Shown in pieces: positions 62,618 through 64,000 of a stretch of DNA of 64,000 bases. The stretch spans positions 8,122,001 through 8,186,000 of the forward strand of contig CM069174.1 of the NCBI GenBank assembly GCA_035221665.1, in the 5' to 3' direction. This stretch comes from Okamejei kenojei. Taxonomy: Eukaryota. A model generated the notes under the pieces. The model saw nothing but the letters and a program-made list of their open reading frames with translations, did no database searches and had not been told where the DNA came from. The stretch's first letter is position 1. Each line of letters starts with the position of its first letter. A program made the translations under genes and the position numbers.

Positions 62618-63713
62618 GAAACTTCCTCAGAATGTCCAACCAAGGAAAGAGTTGTGGTGCATCATTATAGCAATAATATGTCTATACTCGATGTTCACCA
62701 GCTTCCCATAATACAGCCAGAGAGTTCTCCACCCTCATCCCCAAGTATATCATCACCTGGGACTCCAGCAGAGTCAAGTAAGCCTGATCCATCAATCGAA
62801 TCACCAAAGATCAAGCATCCGCTCCCACTGGATGAAAAGCAGTTTGAAGAACCTCAACCACTGATGAAGAGATGGCGAGGAATCCGTTGGAAGCGTTTGG
62901 AATTTAAACTCATATTTCATAAAGGGAAATTTAAACATGTGTCACAACATGAAATTGACGAACTAATTCAGAAGCTGGGGACATCATTAAAACCAGACCC
63001 CATGCCCAAGGACACTCGGAGGTGCTGTTTCTGTCATGAAGATGGTGATGGAACAACAGATGGGCCAGCAAGACTGTTGAATCTGGATTTGGATTTGTGG
63101 GTCCATCTAAACTGTGCGTTGTGGTCCTCTGAAGTTTATGAGACTCAGGCAGGGGCACTGATAAATGTGGAAGTGGCTTTCCACAGGGGACTCACCACAA
63201 AGTGTGCTTTTTGTCAAAAGACCGGTGCCACTACCGGTTGCCATCGGGTTCGGTGCCCAAACACCTACCATTTTGCTTGTGCTATCCATGCCCGGTGTAT
63301 GTTTTTTAAGGACAAGACCATGCTCTGCAGTCAACATAAATTGAAAGGAGCAAATGAACAGGAAATTCGTTGTTTTGCCGTTTACCGCCGCGTCTACATT
63401 CAGAGAGATGAGGTGAAGCAGATCGCCAGCATTGTGCAGCGTGGCAAACGCAGCCATATGTTCAGGGTTGGCGGCCTGATTTTCCATACCATCGGTCAGT
63501 TGCTCCCCCATCAGATGCAGGAATTCCACAGTGTAACCGCTCTTTATCCAATTGGATTTGAAGCGACTCGAATTTATTGGAGTATGCGATACACCAACAG
63601 GCGTTGCTGCTATCACTGCACCATCAATGATACTAATGGAAAACCCGAGTTTGATGTCCAGATTATTGAACAAGGACATGAGGATTTGATTGTTACTGAT
63701 TGGACCCCACAAG
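62618..63713 (+). CDS. KMT2D: KMT2D exon encoding extended PHD (Zn knuckle plus PHD) and FYRN
   Basis: RRCCFCHEDGDGTTDGPARLLNLDLDLWVHLNCALWS...YHFACA...FRVGGLIFHTIGQLLP; cttcag acceptor, G|gtaaaa donor. Confidence 0.98.
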
Positions 63714-64000
63714 GTAAAATATGACCAAATCGTGTTCAGAATAAATATTGAGCTAAAATATTAGAGTAGTTGCCGCAGTTTAGAAATACTTGATGGCCCC
63801 ATCCAATCCGTAACTCCAAAAATGTCAACAGGAAGCCTGCCTCTTAATATAATTTTGTGAAACATGCCATATCACTTTGAGTGCAATACTTCCCCTCCCA
63901 CTTGTGTTAGTTTAAATTTTAGTATCTCATCCTGTGTAGCTTCAGAGCAGTTTATGCAGTTGGCTTTCACTCTTAAATTTATAGTGTTGGAATTGTTTAT

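Noticed and set aside
63107-63712. 201-aa antisense ORF
   Set aside because: Shadow of the conserved PHD/FYRN exon with no recognisable motif.
18722-63713. Assignment to the paralogue KMT2C
   Set aside because: Blocks such as GLSYNQRS, DPIAKAKMVALKGIKKVMAQG and GVHRKSRKALCAKQ match KMT2D as I recall it.

Overview
Eukaryotic genomic DNA, most likely from a cartilaginous fish (skate/ray-type repeats such as HE1/V-SINE, DeuSINE, CR1 and Penelope). The window holds the middle of a + strand KMT2D (MLL4/MLL2) gene: about 25 coding exons running from upstream of the HMG box, through the Q-rich region, to the extended PHD/FYRN exon. Neither gene end is present. Introns carry Tc1 copies, Harbinger-like MITEs, a DNA element with a 6-bp TSD, LINE relics and SINEs. 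The most striking signal is three short (136-170 bp), TSD-flanked, (GAA)-tailed antisense retroposons. Two begin exactly at G1 of a minimal HDV/CPEB3-type ribozyme fold, with compensatory P1 and P2 stems; the third keeps only the 3' end of such a fold. Other notable points: a 5.5-kb exon with a decapeptide repeat, an apparent +1 frameshift in a KMT2D exon, a 48-nt cassette microexon, a CCAAT-box array, and hammerhead-like motifs in Penelope repeats. All alignments and folds were done by eye, and comparisons to human KMT2D and CPEB3 are from memory.
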